Shown: one piece after another, positions 61,956 through 64,000 of the stretch
Numbering within the stretch: the first letter of the stretch is position 1
Layout: every line of letters begins with the position of its first letter
Assembly (NCBI GenBank): GCA_965365755.1
Contig: CBDUCX010000001.1
Location: 3,162 to 67,161, forward strand
Source of the DNA: an uncultured Pleurocapsa sp.
GTDB lineage: Bacteria; Cyanobacteriota; Cyanobacteriia; Cyanobacteriales; Xenococcaceae
Reading direction: 5' to 3'
DNA length: 64,000 nucleotides
Position numbers and translations under genes: made by a program
Notes under the pieces: model-generated
The model's database searches: none
Seen by the model: only the letters and a program-made list of their open reading frames with translations
Told to the model about the DNA's origin: nothing

Positions 61956-62723
61956 TTAGTCGTTAGTAGACATGGGCTTTTTAAGATCTTTATCTTTTTT
62001 GTAATTCATCTGGTTTCTGTTGGAAACGGCTATATCAACCCGAAGATCTAATTGATGCGCCCATTGACTTAAGTAGTAGAGTAGAGCATAGATAAACATA
62101 ATGATGCCAGTCATTTCTAAAAATTCTTCGACTGTAGCAATCAGAGCATAGAGTATATGTTGTTGTCCCAAAGATTCAGCGAAATGACTACCAATCATTT
62201 CCATAATTAATGCCCCCCCAATATAGATCGAGGCTGCGCTGATAAAGTGTTGTTTCGATTTAGCAGGTAAATGACGCACAAACTTGCTATAGCGTCTGAT
62301 AAACCAGGTAACAAAAACCATGCCAGGAATTACCCACATGGAATGGAGGAACCAAGGTAAATTGAGAGCCTCACTAACTTCGGGAATAATCAAAATTTCG
62401 TGCAGGCTAACTACTTCATCGATCGCCATTAGGCCAAAGATAACTGATAATAGCTGCCAGTCTTTGATATAGCGATCGCCTTGCTGTTTTTTCCCCACAG
62501 CAATAATTCTCAGCAAAATGGCACAGAATCCGATCATGAATGCTGAATACCAGGTAGGGAAGTTTAATTCTCGATCCAGATTGAACAACTGCATCCACTC
62601 ATCTCGATAGTCAAATACGTACTTGCATATTTGAATTCCCGTACTAACGATGGTGAAAAAGATTACGACCACCAAGAGATATTTGACAACTGTACGAGGA
62701 TAAACCGCAATTTTGATCTGCAT
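61956..62723 (-). CDS. Conserved hypothetical multi-pass membrane protein
   Basis: FNLDRE.NFPTWYS, MAIDE..SLHE and EE.LEM.G motifs with several TM helices. Confidence 0.7.
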   Translation of the reverse strand: MQIKIAVYPRTVVKYLLVVVIFFTIVSTGIQICKYVFDYRDEWMQLFNLDRELNFPTWYSAFMIGFCAILLRIIAVGKKQQGDRYIKDWQLLSVIFGLMAIDEVVSLHEILIIPEVSEALNLPWFLHSMWVIPGMVFVTWFIRRYSKFVRHLPAKSKQHFISAASIYIGGALIMEMIGSHFAESLGQQHILYALIATVEEFLEMTGIIMFIYALLYYLSQWAHQLDLRVDIAVSNRNQMNYKKDKDLKKPMSTND

Positions 62724-62985
62724 TCGCCATATTAAAAGATAAATAACACGATATTAAACTATCTTCTACCCACCTGGGGGAATCGATCTATAATTTGGGT
62801 GGCAAAGAGCGATCGCAGTTTCAATTCAAAATTAATCTCTGGATTACTGGATTAATAAGGAGCGATCGCAGTTTTCCTCCTCTACTGACAAATATGCGAT
62901 CGCATTTTCTGAACGCAATTGAACAGCTCTGCAATCGTGCTTCTAATGCTTACTCAAAATCTAGAGGGACTTCTCGTTAAAAGGA

Positions 62986-63081
62986 TTAATAATAGTTAGT
63001 GTCTTCTTTTTTATCTGTTGAGAAACCATAAAGCCAAACGTTAGAATCGACAAAACAGAAATGGTCATTTTTTTCTGTCAT
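62986..63081 (-). pseudogene. Truncated PIN/VapC toxin (not in the ORF track)
   Basis: Manual translation: MTEKNDHFCFVDSNVWLYGFSTDKKEDTNYY*. FVDSNVWLY is a PIN N-terminal motif; the start overlaps the end of the upstream small ORF. Confidence 0.7.
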
Positions 63082-63268
63082 AAATATCTTCGCGTTTCAT
63101 AAATTCTAAGTTATCAACATGAAGAGGATTTTCTAATAAATATTCAATCATATCAATCTCAGATTTATTTTTATTAGTTTTGTTTTTGGCTTTTAAGACC
63201 TCTACCAGAGCTTTTATTTCTTTGATTTGCTCTGGTTTTAATCCTTCAACATTAATATTTTGTACCAT
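63065..63268 (-). CDS. Probable antitoxin of the truncated PIN toxin
   Basis: 67 aa, C-terminal REDIYDR, coupled to the PIN stump. Confidence 0.6.
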   Translation of the reverse strand: MVQNINVEGLKPEQIKEIKALVEVLKAKNKTNKNKSEIDMIEYLLENPLHVDNLEFMKREDIYDRKK

Positions 63269-63441
63269 TATTAATACTGATAAAGTTTAATCTTATTGTA
63301 TCTCAATCACTAACTCTTGTTATCACAGTTTTAATTCGAAATTAATCTCTGGTTAAAAGGGCGATCGCTATTCGTACTCTCTATAACTAAATGCTAAATT
63401 TGTGTTCTCACTAGTTAAAATTCGATAGAGGATCGTCAATT

Positions 63442-63987
63442 ATGAAGTTTAAACTGATTACTATCGCTACGGCTTCCATTATTACTCTAGGTTTGATAAC
63501 TACAATCACTAGTTGTAGTTCTGGGAATAGCAATCAAAATAATTCCACTACCAACACTGTTTCTCAGCAGGCTGATACTGCTCCTCCTATCTATATTGAA
63601 TCTTTCAGTGGTGTGGCAATTCGTGGTGCCGATCCTGTCGCCTACTTTACTGAGAGTAAAGCTGTTGCAGGAAGCGACGAATTTGAGTACGAGTGGAATG
63701 GTGCTACTTGGCGATTTTCCAGCCAAGAGAATCTAGATCTTTTTGCTACTAATCCTGAGCAATATGCACCTCAATACGGTGGTTACTGTGCCAAGGCGGT
63801 AAGTGAAGGGAACTTAGCTTCTATTGATCCCGAGTCATGGAAAATCGTAGATGGAAAGCTCTATCTAAACTATAGTCCTGGAGTACAGCGACAATGGTCT
63901 GAGGATATACCAGGCAATATTGCTTTGGGCGATGAAAATTGGCCAGAGGTTTTGTCAGGAAACAAAATTCATGAAAACAAAATATAG
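63442..63987 (+). CDS. YHS-domain lipoprotein
   Basis: Lipobox ITSC, DPVAYF, NPEQYAPQYGGYCA and W.IVDGKLYLN motifs. Confidence 0.88.
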   Translation: MKFKLITIATASIITLGLITTITSCSSGNSNQNNSTTNTVSQQADTAPPIYIESFSGVAIRGADPVAYFTESKAVAGSDEFEYEWNGATWRFSSQENLDLFATNPEQYAPQYGGYCAKAVSEGNLASIDPESWKIVDGKLYLNYSPGVQRQWSEDIPGNIALGDENWPEVLSGNKIHENKI

Positions 63988-64000
63988 TAACTTAGATTGT

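Larger units (their letters stand above)
497..63368. repeat. HIP1 octamer (GCGATCGC) dispersed throughout the window
   Basis: Very frequent occurrences, e.g. 497, 8716, 8732, 63361. I saw none within the tnpB element. Confidence 0.95.

Noticed and set aside
474-62980. Many ORF-track entries antisense to or overlapping well-supported genes (e.g. 1638-1964, 4562-5026, 12841-13245, 27839-28378, 29906-30511, 40810-41145, 47045-47461, 58896-59198)
   Set aside because: Shadow frames of real genes with no recognisable motifs

Overview
AT-rich cyanobacterial chromosome segment. Evidence: abundant HIP1 octamers (GCGATCGC), psb28, ldpA, cyAbrB and kai genes. The core is the complete cyanobacterial rplC...rpoA-rplQ-truA-rplM-rpsI-rpmE-prfA ribosomal superoperon (18.9-36.0 kb, minus strand). 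Left flank: a contiguous kaiA3-kaiB3-kaiC3-like operon followed by a hybrid histidine kinase, an orphan membrane PAS-PAS kinase, stress genes, mnmE, a mazEF-type TA pair, grxC and an FTR1 iron permease. Right flank: vapBC and higBA TA pairs, cobK, ldpA, a His-tailed second ferrochelatase, a non-autonomous IS200/IS605 element whose TnpB has lost its RuvC-II segment by in-frame deletion, an orphan AT-less/ACP-less PKS ketosynthase, a decayed tyrosinase / trypsin-like protease locus, a solo AddB-like nuclease and several hypotheticals. The best candidates for an undescribed system are (i) the tyrosinase + shield-domain + serine-protease + KS locus and (ii) the kinases linked to kaiA3B3C3. Several genes are reduced to N- and C-terminal stumps by internal deletions. 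No rRNA, tRNA or CRISPR array was seen. All family assignments come from motif recognition by eye; no database searches were run.
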